This document shows positions 25,663 to 38,832 of a stretch of DNA of 64,000 bases, piece after piece (the stretch's first letter is position 1; the number at the start of each line of letters is the position of its first letter). A model generated the notes under the pieces. The model saw only the letters and a program-made list of their open reading frames with translations. It searched no databases and was not told where the DNA came from. This DNA is from Eledone cirrhosa (lineage: Eukaryota). The stretch is from NCBI GenBank assembly GCA_964016885.1, contig OZ024740.1:262136001-262200000 (forward strand), written 5' to 3'. The position numbers and the translations under genes were made by a program.

Positions 25663-27088
25663 TGCGGTTCTTTTCTTTGTTTTTTTGTCCCTCTCCTTTG
25701 TTCTGTCCTACGCCATCTTGGTTTTGTGTGTGTGTTGTGTGCTTAGTTTGCGCATGTGTTACATCCGGGTGTCTGTGTATGTTTATATTCGTTTATTTAT
25801 TTGTTTATTTACATGTTACTGGTTGGTTGTTTGTTCTATGTGCGTGTGTGTTTTCATTTTGTCCTTAATTGTAAGTTGTGATGTTGCTGTTCCACTCATG
25901 TTTTCTATTTAATTTTGGTTGTAATTCATTTATGTTTATTGCCTCTGTGATTTGTCTAAACATTCCGTCTTTTCTGTGTGTAGATTCTATTTTTATTTCT
26001 ATGTTCTCTAATTTACCATTATGTTCTATTTTAGCATGTTGGTAGAGTGCAGATGATTCTTTACTATCTTGAAGGTCTCGCCAGTGTTCATTTATCCGTT
26101 CCCCTATACTACGAGCTGTCTCACCTATGTACACTATATTTTTATCTCTACATTGTCCTTCAGTACATCTTATGATATATACTACATTTCTAGTTTTACA
26201 GTTAATATGGGAAAAAATGGTATATAATGGCACAAATGGGACCTGCCCCTTGTATAGGAGAAAATTTTGGAATAGAATAGAAAGAATTAGGAATAAGGAT
26301 AATAGAATAAACTCATGGTATGATAGCAATAAATACCAGAGTATAAGAGTATAATGTTCATCGATACAACCCCTAGAGGTGAATTAGCTTACAAATTTAG
26401 AAGGGCCCTAGATAAACATAAACTCAATATTAAGATAGTAGAAATACCAGGTACCTCCATAACAACACTTATTAGCAAGACATACCCTTTTCAAAGACCT
26501 CACTGTATAGATAAGAAATGTATAATCTGTAAATTAAGCCCCCATATTAACTGTAAAACTAGAAATGTAGTATATAGCATAAGATGTACTGATGGACAAT
26601 GTAGATAAAAATATATTGTACATAGGTGAGACAGCTCGTAGTATAGGGGAACGGATAAATGAACACTGGTGAGACCTTCAAGATAGTAAAGAATCATCTG
26701 TACTCTACCAACATGCTAAAATAGAACATAGGGGTAAATTAGAGAACATAGAAATAAAAATAGAATCTACACACAGAAAAGACGCAATGTTTAGACAAAT
26801 CACAGAGGCAATAATCATAAATGAATTACAACCAAAATTAAATAGAAAACATGAGTGGAACAGCAACATCACAACTTACATTTAAGGACAAAATGAAAAC
26901 TCACACGCACATAGAACAAACAACCAACCAGTAACATGTAAATAAACAAATAAATAAACGAATATAAACACACACAGCCACCCGGATGTAACACATGCGC
27001 AAACTAAGCACACAACACACACACAAAAACAAGATGGCGTAGGACAGAACAAAGGAGAGCCAAAAAAAACAAAAGAAAAGAACCCCCA

Positions 27089-27131
27089 GTCACTGAAGAG
27101 TTCACAGAATGTGTGACGAAAGAACTTTGAC
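27089..27131 (+). ncRNA. Type I hammerhead ribozyme motif (partner of 25620-25662)
   Basis: gtca-CTGAAGA-gtTCACA-gaatg-TGTGAc-GAAA-gaac-TT-tgac. Confidence 0.68.
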
Positions 27132-27406
27132 AATATATAAACAACCATCTGGTTGTGGAACCAACCAACCAACCGGAAATTTATAAATTCCTAAATTTAT
27201 AAATTTATTATAATAAATTGAAGTGAAAGCAACTGGTGCGTGAGTTTCTTATTGGCAACATGACCCACCAAAGTATAACAATATCGGTTTCAACCCACGT
27301 TTTCAGATAAAGAATCTTGCTAAACAAATTCAGAAACGACATATACATATATATATAATAAATGGAATATATTAATAAATGGAAACTATATCTATAAAAC
27401 CATATT

Positions 27407-27471
27407 TATTTCATTATACATATTTCAGGGATGCCACATTAAATTATGGTATGCCTTCATCAGACAAAATA
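27407..27471 (-). ncRNA. Type I hammerhead motif, third copy of the 1043-1108 family
   Basis: tattttgt-CTGATGA-aggcataccata-atttaa-tgtggcatccct-GAAA-tatgtata-atgaaata. Confidence 0.65.
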
Positions 27472-28437
27472 CAAATAGGTTTGACGTACCCTTTTAAAAT
27501 ACAACCATTACTTTTGGAGGCTGTCTGGATAGTGATTTGTTTATATAATAAGTCATAGTGTTAAGCACAATTAGAAAAAGACGGAGAGAAAGAAACAAGA
27601 CGGAGAGAGAGAAAAGAACATAGACGGAGAGAGAGAAAGAAAAGAGAAAGAAAGAAAAAGAGAAAGAAAACCTGGAGAAATATCGGAGAGAGAAATGTAT
27701 GGAGAAAAGAAAGAGATAGATAAAGATAGGAGGAAATAAAAAAGAAAGAAAAGGAAGGAATAAGAAAAACAAAGGAAAGCAACAGAGAGATATCAAGTCA
27801 TCATACAGAAAGAAAAACTCAAGAGAGAGAAATACTATATAGAGAGAGGGGGGACAGTGACAACTTTACGTCATGTCATATTAAGTTGAGTTAACAATTT
27901 ATATGAAATGAATAATAAAAATATAAATATAAGTATCAATATTCATGAATGGGACATAGATATATAATATGAGAAATTAGACATTGTTCAATAATGACCA
28001 CATGTTTAGTTTAGAAACTTGAGATCAATATACCAAAATCTGAGTTCAAAATGTACCGTTGCTATAGATATTAGTATTTTATGCAAAGACATACAAATAT
28101 ATATGTATATATACATACATATAGATACGCACGTCCTGAAAATAGAAATTATGTTTACTCAAGCCAACAATATAGCCATACAAAACGTAAATGATTTCTC
28201 TTAATCACTGCTATACACTCCTTGTGTTATACAAATTTCACAGTATATATATACAAATATATACGATTAACAATCATGTCCTCAAATATACGATTACCAT
28301 TCATGTGTTTAATATTATGGACATCTGCAACATACCTCTCAACCACATAGATATATACGCGTACATATATACACATACATATGTATAAATAAATATTTGC
28401 GTGCGTCCTCATGCATCACTCATGTATATATACAGTG

Positions 28438-28475
<38 letters not shown>

Positions 28476-28607
28476 TGCTACTGTACGTCTGTATACATAT
28501 ATGTATGTACGTATACATACATACTTACATTTAAGTAAGTGCCGTACTAAGAGTGAGAAATGAAATTTCGTTTTCATTTTATTACAACATATATATATAT
28601 ATATATA

Positions 28608-29552
28608 TAAATGAAAAGGTATAGAAATTGTTGTAGCGAGAAGCTAACAGTATTCCATAACATATATGTGACTATAGCGTCAAAATGGGAAAATAGTTAA
28701 CATAAGATATGGGAAAAATAATTCAGACTCAAATCAAAAGGAATCAGGATATAGATTTATCCAACAGAATTTAGAGAAATCCAGGGAAAAATTAATAGAG
28801 CCTTAACTCATGATAAAACAAAGTCTAAAGTACTTAACCTTCAATCTGGGACAACTTCAAATGCTCTGTATAGTCTTGAAAAGACTATTTCACGAAAACC
28901 TTCAGTAGTGATGGTCACGGTTGGATTTCGTTCGTCAGCAGAGTTCAACATGGTAACCAAGGTCTCACTGGTAATATGCCAAAAAGGGAATTTAAAAGCA
29001 GGCTAGTTTAACATCATGCGTGGTTATTAAAATAAACGCACATGTGCAAAAACAGGGCTGGTGACGTCAGAATGAGACAAATGTTTGTTTACATGAAACA
29101 ACAGTCAAAAACATTCCGAAAGAAAACTCTACAAAAGGACTTCAGCAAAAAGCAATATGATCGCCGTCTTTTTTTTAAAAAAAATACCGGGATTAGTCAC
29201 AAATAATTTAAGCACTCTAAGAAATAAATCAGAGTATATATATATAAATGAAAAGTATAGAAATTGTTGTAGCGAGAAGCTAACAGTATTCCATAACATA
29301 TATGTCACTATAGCGTCAAAATGGGAAAATAGTTAACATAAGATATGGGAAAAATAATTCAGACTCAATTCAAAAGGAATCAGGATATAGATTTATCCAA
29401 CAGAATTTAGAGAAATCCAGGGAAAAATCAATAGAGCCTTAACTCATGATAAAACAAAGTCTAAATTACTCAACCTTCAATTTGGGACAACTTCAAATGC
29501 TCTGTATAGTCTTGAAAAGACTATGTCACGAACACTTTCAGTGGAGATGGTC
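28608..29552. repeat. Dispersed direct repeat of ~310 bp (28608-28918 and 29245-29553)
   Basis: taaatgaaaag.tatagaaattgttgtagcgagaagc...ttcagt.g.gatggtca occurs twice, each after (TA)n. Confidence 0.85.
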
Positions 29553-29578
29553 ATGTTTCAAATTTGACTTCGTTTATT

Positions 29579-29633
29579 ACTGCTATATATATTTCGGTGA
29601 CAGCCATCTTTGGCTGTGTACTCTTCAGGCAGT
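29579..29633 (-). ncRNA. Type I hammerhead ribozyme motif
   Basis: actgc-CTGAAGA-gtacACAGCCA-aaga-TGGCTGTcacc-GAAA-tatata-TA-gcagt. Confidence 0.7.
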
Positions 29634-29705
29634 CCGAATTAGTGTGGTAGAGACTAGTTATACACCACAACAACATGTGTACTCGTCTCTACCACACTAA
29701 TTCCG

Positions 29706-29760
29706 ACTGTCTGAAGAGGTCACAGCCAAAGATGGCTGTCACCGAAATATATATAGCAGT
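29706..29760 (+). ncRNA. Type I hammerhead ribozyme motif
   Basis: actgt-CTGAAGA-GGTcACAGCCA-aaga-TGGCTGTcACC-GAAA-tatata-TA-gcagt. Confidence 0.75.
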
Positions 29761-29976
29761 AATAAACGAAGCCAAATTTTAAACATTTGACTTATTTATT
29801 TTTTTTTTTTACATTACTCCGGAGTAACCAAACCAACCTGCGCACTTCGTTGAGTGCTCCAATCTGCATACTTAGGTGTTGGTATACAACCAACATATAC
29901 TCAAAATTTATATATATATATAAATTAATATGCATAAGGTAAATATATACGTTCAACAATCTGGCAGGAAGGTATA

Positions 29977-30017
29977 CATTGCTGACGATAGCTAATAAGC
30001 TTGAAACTAGTACAGCG
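29977..30017 (+). ncRNA. Type I hammerhead ribozyme motif
   Basis: cattg-CTGACGA-tAGCT-aata-AGCTt-GAAACTAGTA-cagcg; palindromic ACTAGT stem III; stem I can extend via ctggcag.aagg/cctttgtcag. Confidence 0.6.
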
Positions 30018-30300
30018 TTCCTTTGTCAGTGTTGAACAAACGAGCAATGATGGTTGCTAGACACTACGGCTTAATACGGGCTGTTTGTTTACAAACACAC
30101 CGAGCATTATAATAAATGTTCGGTGAATCCATACGTACATATATATATGTGTGCATGTATATATATATACATACTACTGTACGTCTGTATACATATATGT
30201 ATGTACGTGTACATACTTATATTTAAGTAACAGCCATACTAAGAGTGGGAAATGAAATTTCGTTTCATTTTTTCCGTTTATATAAATATATATATATATC

Positions 30301-30344
<44 letters not shown>

Positions 30345-30825
30345 TAATGTATATATGTGTATATGTGTATATGTGTGTGTGTATATATATAATTACTTTC
30401 CTTTTCTTTACACACTACGCGTCTTTCTTTTATTTTTCTTCGTGCCTCTCGCTGCCTCTTTCTTTTCGTCTTTACTTCTCATCTATTTTATTTCCATTCC
30501 TGTTTTTTATATTCACATTTCTCACTTAATATGCCTGTATCCCCTGTCTCAATAAAGAAGCATATAACCATCGTATACACCACAGTCATGTATATTTCAC
30601 TTAATTGATTCTTAGAAAGATTTGTTGAAATGCTGTGTTCGATATTTAGTATGTAGTCTAATGTTGCCACTCTATATATCCTAACGGGTTGTTGGGTATT
30701 TTGTGGGATTTGCAGTGATCATTTGCCTTAGTTGAAACCAGCCAGAACGTGTTGCACTTAATTTATATTGTTTAATGTCCAGCTATACATATATACATAC
30801 ATATATACATAATATATACATACAT

Positions 30826-31142
30826 GGTGGCTTCCAGCTCGTTCTCGAGTACGACCACTACTTTATTTCCATGTAGGAGAACTCCTACCGATGCGGTGAA
30901 CCAGTGTGACTTTTTAGTCGAGCCAGCGACTTGAAAACACTGGTACAAACACTACACTTGTGACAATTATTGACACATAGTGCTGGGCCCATGGTACCCT
31001 GTTATGACAAGTGCAGAGAGATCTCCAGATATAAAGCAATGCCTGTGCCGTGAAGCTTTTATAGTGAGCAAAGGCACTGCACAAAGCCAGTCCCACTCCC
31101 TTAACCAAGATGATATTTACCAAAAAGAAGAACAAGTCAACA
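30826..31142 (-). mobile_element. Non-coding retroposon family X (5'-truncated)
   Basis: Reverse complement of ~2450-2768, ending gaagccacc plus ATGT-type tail. Confidence 0.75.
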
Positions 31143-31236
31143 AGTATACATAATATATATATATATATACGTGTATATATACATATATACATAATATATA
31201 TATATATATATATACGTACATATATACATACATATA

Positions 31237-31960
31237 TACCTCATCAAGACTGTGAGCGCAACTCTTCCGGAGCTGACGCTTCAGTTGTTTATGTTCTAGA
31301 CGACATTCCACAAAAGTTTTGCAACTGACCTTTATGCGTTTTCTCCACTCAACCCTACTTAGAGCTATCTCTTCCCAGTTATATATATCAAATGCCAGCT
31401 CTTTGAGATTATTCTTGATGCTGTCCCTGAAACTCATTTTCGGTTTGTGTTGCGGCCTTTCCTAAGATGGAGCTCACCGTAAAACAGTTGCTTCGGGATC
31501 CTGCTTTCTCTCATGCGAACGATATGTCCTGTCCAGTGCATTTGAGATGTTACTTACGATTAAATGCTGCTAGATATTCTGCTTTGATAAGAACATAGAG
31601 GTCAGGAGTTCAATCTTGCTACTTGATGTTGAATATGCGCCTTAAACATATCTACTCAAAACGCTCAAGCAGTTTGGTTTGCGGAATCGCGTCCAGGTTT
31701 TGGCGGAGTATAAAAGAGCAGACAGAACACATGATTTATACACACACACCTTGGTATTGTTGGCATTGCTGCGATTTGCCAAAACTCTCTTTTCCATTTT
31801 TCCGAAGGCAACAGAGGCCTTCTGGAGGCGCAGATGTATTTCAGCATCCAAGGAGGCATCATTTAAGAGTGTGCTACCCAAGTAGACAAATTGATCTACT
31901 ACTCCCAGCCTGGTTCCATCAACCAAAATATTGGGTTCAGTATATGGTTCTCCAGGAAGG
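31237..31960 (-). mobile_element. RTE-clade (BovB-like) LINE 3' fragment
   Basis: LGVVDQFVYLGSTL..DAEIHLRLQKASVAFG..VYKSCVLSALLY; FRDSIKNNLK..NWEEIALSRVEWR. Confidence 0.8.
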
Positions 31961-32204
31961 GGTTAACATTACATACATATACATTTCTTTTTCAAATATT
32001 ATTTATACAATACAGGACATTCTCACAACAAAGATACTGAAAATATTTCCCTCTACTAAATATTCTTTTATAATTCTTAATAATGTATTCTTTCGAATAC
32101 ATTATTAATTATTGTTTGTTGTTTGAAAAGTCGCTAAAGACTCCGAAACTTTTACAGCTTTTGGGGATAACAATGTAGATTATCTTAACTTAATTTGATC
32201 TTTC

Positions 32205-32248
<44 letters not shown>

Positions 32249-32252
<4 letters not shown>

Positions 32253-32453
32253 AACCAGTAAGACCCCGACAGCTGAGCTCAAGCCGTTTCGACGGCTAAT
32301 TCTGGACGGCTAATTCTGTCCAGAATTAGCCGTCGAAACGGCTTGAGCTCAGCTGTCGGGGTCTTACTGGTTCCTATTACCCACTCTACTACCTCAAGTA
32401 TTGAGTACTTTGGTGCGTTATGGTCCACCTGGTTCCTTACCACATTTCCTTCG

Positions 32454-32456
<3 letters not shown>
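32249..32456. repeat. Palindromic PLE-like terminal fragment (palindrome 32249-32376)
   Basis: taggaaccagtaagaccccgacagc.../...gctgtcggggtcttactggttccta; the same family has a shorter palindrome at 41896-41936. Confidence 0.75.
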
Positions 32457-32499
<43 letters not shown>

Positions 32500-32526
32500 A
32501 TATATATATGTATGTATATATATATA

Positions 32527-32563
<37 letters not shown>

Positions 32564-32573
32564 ATATAATATA

Positions 32574-32682
<109 letters not shown>

Positions 32683-33339
32683 ACAGTATCATAGAAAATG
32701 TATCAGATATTCTATAGATAGAAATAGACAAAAAAAATATTATCTGTAGGTTATATAGCATAGATAGAGCTAACTTTGAAACTTTTCTGACTTTCAGATA
32801 CATTGCGTTTTAGGGTACAGCAGCATTTTATATTCTCTAATAAGTCTTTGATCTCGGCGACGGTAGCATGTTCTTAAAGACTAATTCCTTAAAGGTTGGC
32901 GTTCAGCAATGTCAATTTTATGACGTTTGCACAGTGTCACAACAATTTTTGGCAGCAAACCACGGCTCTTATCTTTCAGTATTTTAACTAAAGAAGCTAG
33001 AGGAAATACTATATTGATTTCTACTACGTTCGCGTAATGTAATAATTTCAGTTTTGTGGAAAAGACCAATGAAATATATCATACATCAAATCAATTACTT
33101 GAGGGTAAAAAATGAAAATAAAAATGAAAAAAGAAATGTGAAAAAGAGAGAAATTACAGTTTTAGAAGTCTCAACTTAATATTTCTCCTATTTATGTGAC
33201 CAACCTTGTTTTACTGAAACAAACATACGGAAATTAGATTTTACAACACTCTTTCGAATCACGGTTAGATTCGGTTAATTTATTTATGCTCATAAAACGC
33301 TTGAGAAAAGCAGAATAATATCAACAACCAATTTTAACC

Positions 33340-33752
33340 TTCTCTATATAATAGTGTATATAGTGTGTGGATTGGCCTAAGAAGTAAGATGCAGTTGAGT
33401 AATGGACAGTAGAAAGAACGCGGAGAACATTCCACAATTGCGGTTCTCTCCAGTTGACACACTATTGGATTAGAGAAAAGGAACAAGATATATAGTGGTC
33501 TGCTGCATATAATAGATGTTGTACGACATAGAAGGAGGGTAAAGTTTGCTGGCCATTATCATCACGCCTCTTTGGGGCTTTGTAAACCTACATCTGTTTC
33601 AAGTCGAAGGAGACGCAACAAGCTCTCATATCCAGATCTCATAACCAAAGATCCTGGTGTTCCCATTCAGGCCCTAACTACTGCCATGAGCGACATACCC
33701 ACATAGAGATTTATCGTTTAGTCTATTTCGGCCGAGGCCACACGATGATGAT
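33340..33752 (+). mobile_element. Old RTE-clade LINE 3' end
   Basis: RRRVKFAGHYH, RRNKLSYPDLITKD..TTAMSD; (GAT)n tail. Confidence 0.55.
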
Positions 33753-33999
33753 GGGTTAGCGAGAATCTCTCCAAAACTGCTATACAGCCGTCTAAAGGAA
33801 ACTTCAAATCCACACTGAAACATCTCAGACCAAGAGTCCATAGAAGGAGAACAGAGTTAGAAAGATCGCATGCAACACTGAAGGCTTTGATGATAAGAAA
33901 TGCTGAAGATTTTAAGGTCACATTTGGTGGCTGTAAATCAAGGTCTCGAAAATCCTGGCTCTATAGAGAATGTATTGGTAAGATGCATGCATGGAGATG

Positions 34000-34312
34000 C
34001 CATAGGTAAGCTGTATAGTCACACGGTGTTTCGAGTGCATTTTCAAACCTGGTAGAGCCAATCCCAACCAATCCCAACCAGGTCTGAACACAGCAGATTT
34101 CTTCCAGAGAAGGATAGAATAGTGAGAGAATCGAGTGCGATATAGAGTAAGAATAGACCCCAGTATTAGACTGGTACTTTTTTTATCAACCTCGAATGGA
34201 TGAAAGGCAAAGATTACCTTGGCAGGATTTGAACCCAGAGAGCAGAAATTTGAAACGAATACCACTAAGCTTTCTATCCAACGTTCTAACGACTCTGCCA
34301 ATTCAGCGCCTA
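34000..34312 (-). mobile_element. Composite SINE (tRNA head plus extended body)
   Basis: Head ggcgctgaattggcagagtcgttag...gggttcaaatcc; body gaaatctgctg.gttcagacctgg...gaaacaccgt like 12720-12900. Confidence 0.6.
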
Positions 34313-36664
34313 ATTGGTAAGATACATAGAAGTAAACCTATCCATGTAAGAATGGACGTGCTTGTTTCCGAATATCTCCACTATTTTTGTATTAAATGGA
34401 AATGAGAGTGTTATTATTAAGAATGGAAATTGTTGCAGAGAGAGAAATATTAAAGTATTTAGCAAGAAAACTGTTAAATGCAGTGTTTGGTCATAATGTA
34501 AAGGAAACTGTCTGAGCCGTCTGAGACACATTATATTAGATGATTGGGTAGACTTTTGGAGTGAAGGGCGAGGTTTTGGTTGAGTTTGATGTTTAAATAG
34601 TGTACAGTTGAAGAAAACGGGACGAAATTGCGTTTTTATAATTGCAGGAGGTATATTTCCAGATATATCTTGGCTGAAGATTGGTTTATAGGAAGATTTT
34701 TCAACATTACTGGATACCTTCTAAAGGAGGACTCAATACGCTTGAAAGTAATTTAGAAAACGAAGGTACTTGCTGGTAGTCCGATGGACGAATGTACCTT
34801 TGATATTCTTAGTAGTATACTTGTCATTTTGTCACAGTTCTGAGTAAATATCTTTTAGGTTCGGATGTGGTTGTGACACGTAAAGTCACTTAGGCAATAT
34901 TCTACCTTTAAACAAATGAAATATTGTAAAACGTAAATATATGTATATATTCGAAACAGGTGTATAGGTTTATTTTGAGATATAATAAATATGTCATATA
35001 CTTTACGTATTTTAATTGCTTGTGTACTTGTTATGTGTATTACATTATATAATTCCATAGTTTGTGTGTAATATTGTGTGTAAGAGGCTTTTTGGATCTT
35101 ACTTCCATTAAGTGTTTACAGAACAACGGAAACAAATATGTGTTGTATATATATATATATATATATATATAAACATTCACACATCTAGACATATATGCAT
35201 ACACACATTTTTCTCTGCCAGAATATGTTCGTGTGCGCATGTAAAGCTGAACTGGTAGGAGACACATTGTTACTATATTGTAGTGAATTTTTATTTTCGC
35301 GTGTCTGCTTGATATGCAGCGATGAAATAATACCAATGATGTTCAATACTCACAAACAGCTTTAACCTACCAATTGAATTTACTGGAAGAAGATAACCAA
35401 GAGGATCAGTGTGCCAGAGGCAAGTAACCTCTTGTGTAACTGCTATTATGCTCTGATCCACTTGTTATATGATCCTTTTTTTCCGTATGGATTCCTAATT
35501 TCATGATCTTAAAACTATAATAATGTTTTGTTTGGTAGCAATATAGCATAAACCTGAGATTGTTTTCTTATATATAATTTCTGAAAACATGAGTCGCCTG
35601 TATTTGACCTACAGTTAGTAACAAAAAAATGAAAAACATTTTTCGAAGGTATAGGCTTTCGCTTCATCTTGAGATAAATTCAGTAGCAGGAAAAAAATAA
35701 ACAAAAGAATATGATATGAACAATAACAAAAACGAAAAGCAAGAAACAAAAAAAAAAAAAATCGTTTAATAAACGTCTGATGCTTAAAGCTATTTCACAC
35801 TGAATTTTATGCTTACCTGCATTCTTACCATCTACATTTAATATACTTCCCCGCTAGCAGAACTTCGAAATCAAGAATTGTCTAGTAGTGAATGCGATCT
35901 AATTGTTTTTTGTCTTCTTTAGAATATTTTTTGTTTCGTAAATTTTGTTGTTTTATTCATAACAATCCCATCTTCTGATATTGCATTAATGTAAGAAAAA
36001 AAAGCAATTAAACTTTGTTTGCTATCAATACAAGTCTGAAACGAATATAGCCGAAATTTATAAAACTTTTAAGACGAAAAAATGTTTGTTGGTATATGCC
36101 TAGCGGAGATAGAAAATTAAAATCCAGCTCTCAATCGAGTTATTTGTGATTATTTTGTTATTGTTTTTATTTTTTTTTCATTTATTGTGAAAAATGTGTC
36201 TTGCAAGAAGAAATAAAAAATCAATTTCCTATGTTGAGTTTAATATTTTTTATGTATTATCAATATCTCTCACCAGAGCAAAACTTAAAAAAATATTTTT
36301 AAGTTAAATATCAGGCAAATTGCTAATATAAAATAAAAAAAGTATTTCAAAAAATGAATGCGAGGCCACAGATTTGTGAGAAAATAAAAACAATTGGTAT
36401 AAAATTATTTACAATAAATAGTCTTAGTATTGTCTTCTCTGGGCGTCTGTTTAAATAAATATATCTGGAAAATACAGTAATACATAAACCTACTTTAACC
36501 CTTTCTCTCCCATATATTTAAAACATTTCTAGTTGACAAGGTCCCAGACCTCATTCGCTTACCAAGTGGGGTGGAACTCGTTATATCAGACCTCGGAAAC
36601 CATGTTTTCATTGGTCTTTCCATTGCTAATACTATCTACCGGTCATAACTCCTGACAGAGAGAT

Positions 36665-36765
36665 CAATGTGAAATAAAGTGTCTTGCTCAAGGACATAAT
36701 ACATCATCCGGTCCGGGAGTTGAGCTTGCAAGCTCACGATTGCGAATCCAATTCTCTAACCATAT
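36665..36765 (-). mobile_element. tRNA-derived CORE-like SINE fragment
   Basis: Minus strand ggttagagaattggattcgcaatc...tgtccttgagcaagacactttatttcacattg. Confidence 0.6.
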
Positions 36766-37669
36766 AAACCTGTGACAATGGAAGCAATAAATAATTGGAA
36801 CTAAAATCGTATGATACTTTGGTATCTCTTATTACTTTCTTGTTGACTTAATATAATTGGTGATTTCTAACAACCTCCAGGTAGGAGTTCGACCAGCAAA
36901 TGTTGTCGTCTGTAAGTAATGAATCTAAAAGCTCGACCTTCAATATGCTGCACCATGTGGCAAGCTTTGAAAATAGCATTGTAAACAACCGATTCACAAA
37001 TAAAAAATTCATGTTCCCATCACTTAGAACAGGAAACAGTATCTAGCGCAGACAACCATATGAACTGAGGTGTCATTGAACTAACAAATTTGAGACCTGA
37101 ACACATAGCAACGCTGATGTAAAGATAATATCGTCCAGTCTTAGCTGAAGAAGCATTAAAAACAATCAACGTTAAATAGCTAATGTATAATTTGTAATGT
37201 AGAATTTGTAAGTGAATGTATGTCGTTTAACATCGAAAAAAGACGACTATAAATTCGTTATCGGAACTATTCCTGAATAGAACGGCTGTCATGTAGCTAC
37301 TAAATTTCTATCGATAGAAATGAATGGGCGTAAGAGAAACAGGCTTATGTCATAGTTGGGGATGTTAAATATGTGGGCACTTTTATTAAACACATGATGT
37401 CCCCTAGTAAATGTCCAGAAATACGTAGCTTATATATTTCATATCAAACACAAAAGTGACATTAAAAACGAGAAAATATGAAACCGGGGATTAGAAAAAT
37501 AGTAAGAAATATATATACAAAATATACATGTGTAGTAAAAAAAACAACTTAATATACACCACTGAAAAACTCAAATATGGAATCTAAATTGAACTAACAA
37601 CGGTTAATAATGCTATTCTAAAAGGACAACATTTGACATGAATAGAATGTTTTCATTAAAACCTGACTA

Positions 37670-37978
37670 AGAAAATATTAGGTAAATGCGTGCATATAAT
37701 TTCTGAGATAAATATAACTTAAACAATTTATTTTACTGTATTAATACAATATTATTTCACAGTTTGTATGAGTTTCTAACTAACGAAATATCTTCTAAAC
37801 ATCCTAATATTTTTCAATATTAGAAAAATAATAGGTAAATGTCTGCATATATTTTCTGAGATATATATATATATATACCTTAAAAATTTGTTTTACTGCA
37901 TCAATACAAAACTATTTCACATTTTCTACGAATTTCTAACTAATGAAATATCTCCTAAACATCATAAAATTTCTCAAA
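37670..37978. repeat. Diverged tandem duplication (~150 bp unit)
   Basis: aggtaaatg..tgcatata.tttctgagata...tttctaactaa.gaaatatct.ctaaacatc occurs twice. Confidence 0.7.
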
Positions 37979-38229
37979 TCTTTTTGTTAAAATGAATAGT
38001 AAAATAATAAGCACTGCAATTTTATCTCATGAAAACATCCTTTCTAACAACTGCTATAACCAATTAACAACTTTAATGTATTTTAACATATTTCTGAAAA
38101 CACCTATAACCCAATATTTGTGCATGCCAAGAAAACTATATTCACAAGCTTATGCGTTTGCTTTTGTACTTTGAATCTTGATAATTTGTCTTTTGAACAT
38201 AATTTGTCAGTAGAACATATATTTTTGAG

Positions 38230-38773
38230 AAAACTGCTTGCACTGATCGAAAATGTATAGTCTGCAAATTAAGCCCACATATTAACTGCAAATCTAGGAA
38301 TGTAGTGTATAGTATATAGCGTATATATACGTAGAGACAATTTAGGAATAGGAGCACAACTTACATAGGTAGCAGAGGAATAAGGATACATGAACACTAG
38401 CGAGAATTCCAAAATGGGAAAAACTCATCAGTACTTCCCCAACATGCCAGAATGGAACATATGTTCACACTGGAAAACATACAGATAAAAATCATATCCA
38501 CACACAGAAGTGACGCAATGCTCTGGCAGATTACAGAAGCGACAAACATAAACGGACGCCAACCAAAACTAAACAAAAAACATGAGTAGCATAGTAACAA
38601 CATCACAACTAGTAACGAAGGACAAGATAAAGACATACAGAGACAAACGAGAACAGGAGTAATAAAACAAACGAGACACGCACAGATAGAACAAGCAATC
38701 AACTAGTGACAAATAAATAAACCTGTAAATAACTGAATAAATAAATAATCATACAGACACAGACACAGATACA

Positions 38774-38832
<59 letters not shown>

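Larger units (their letters stand above)
25462..27340 (+). mobile_element. Penelope-like element with ~745-bp inverted duplication (arms 25462-26211 and 26541-27284)
   Basis: FIDTTPRGELA..KIVEIPG..YPFQRPHCIDKKCIIC..NCKTRNVVY.IRC..YIGETARSIGER..EH..RQITEA (GIY-YIG); arms near-identical. Confidence 0.88.
29553..29786. repeat. Fold-back palindrome carrying two hammerheads
   Basis: Arms ~29553-29653 and ~29685-29786 are reverse complementary. Confidence 0.85.

Noticed and set aside
34310-34860. Possible old GIY-YIG remnant (also PLE N-terminal-like pieces at ~11190-11960 and ~58700-59040)
   Set aside because: Too decayed to support by eye; needs a translated HMM search
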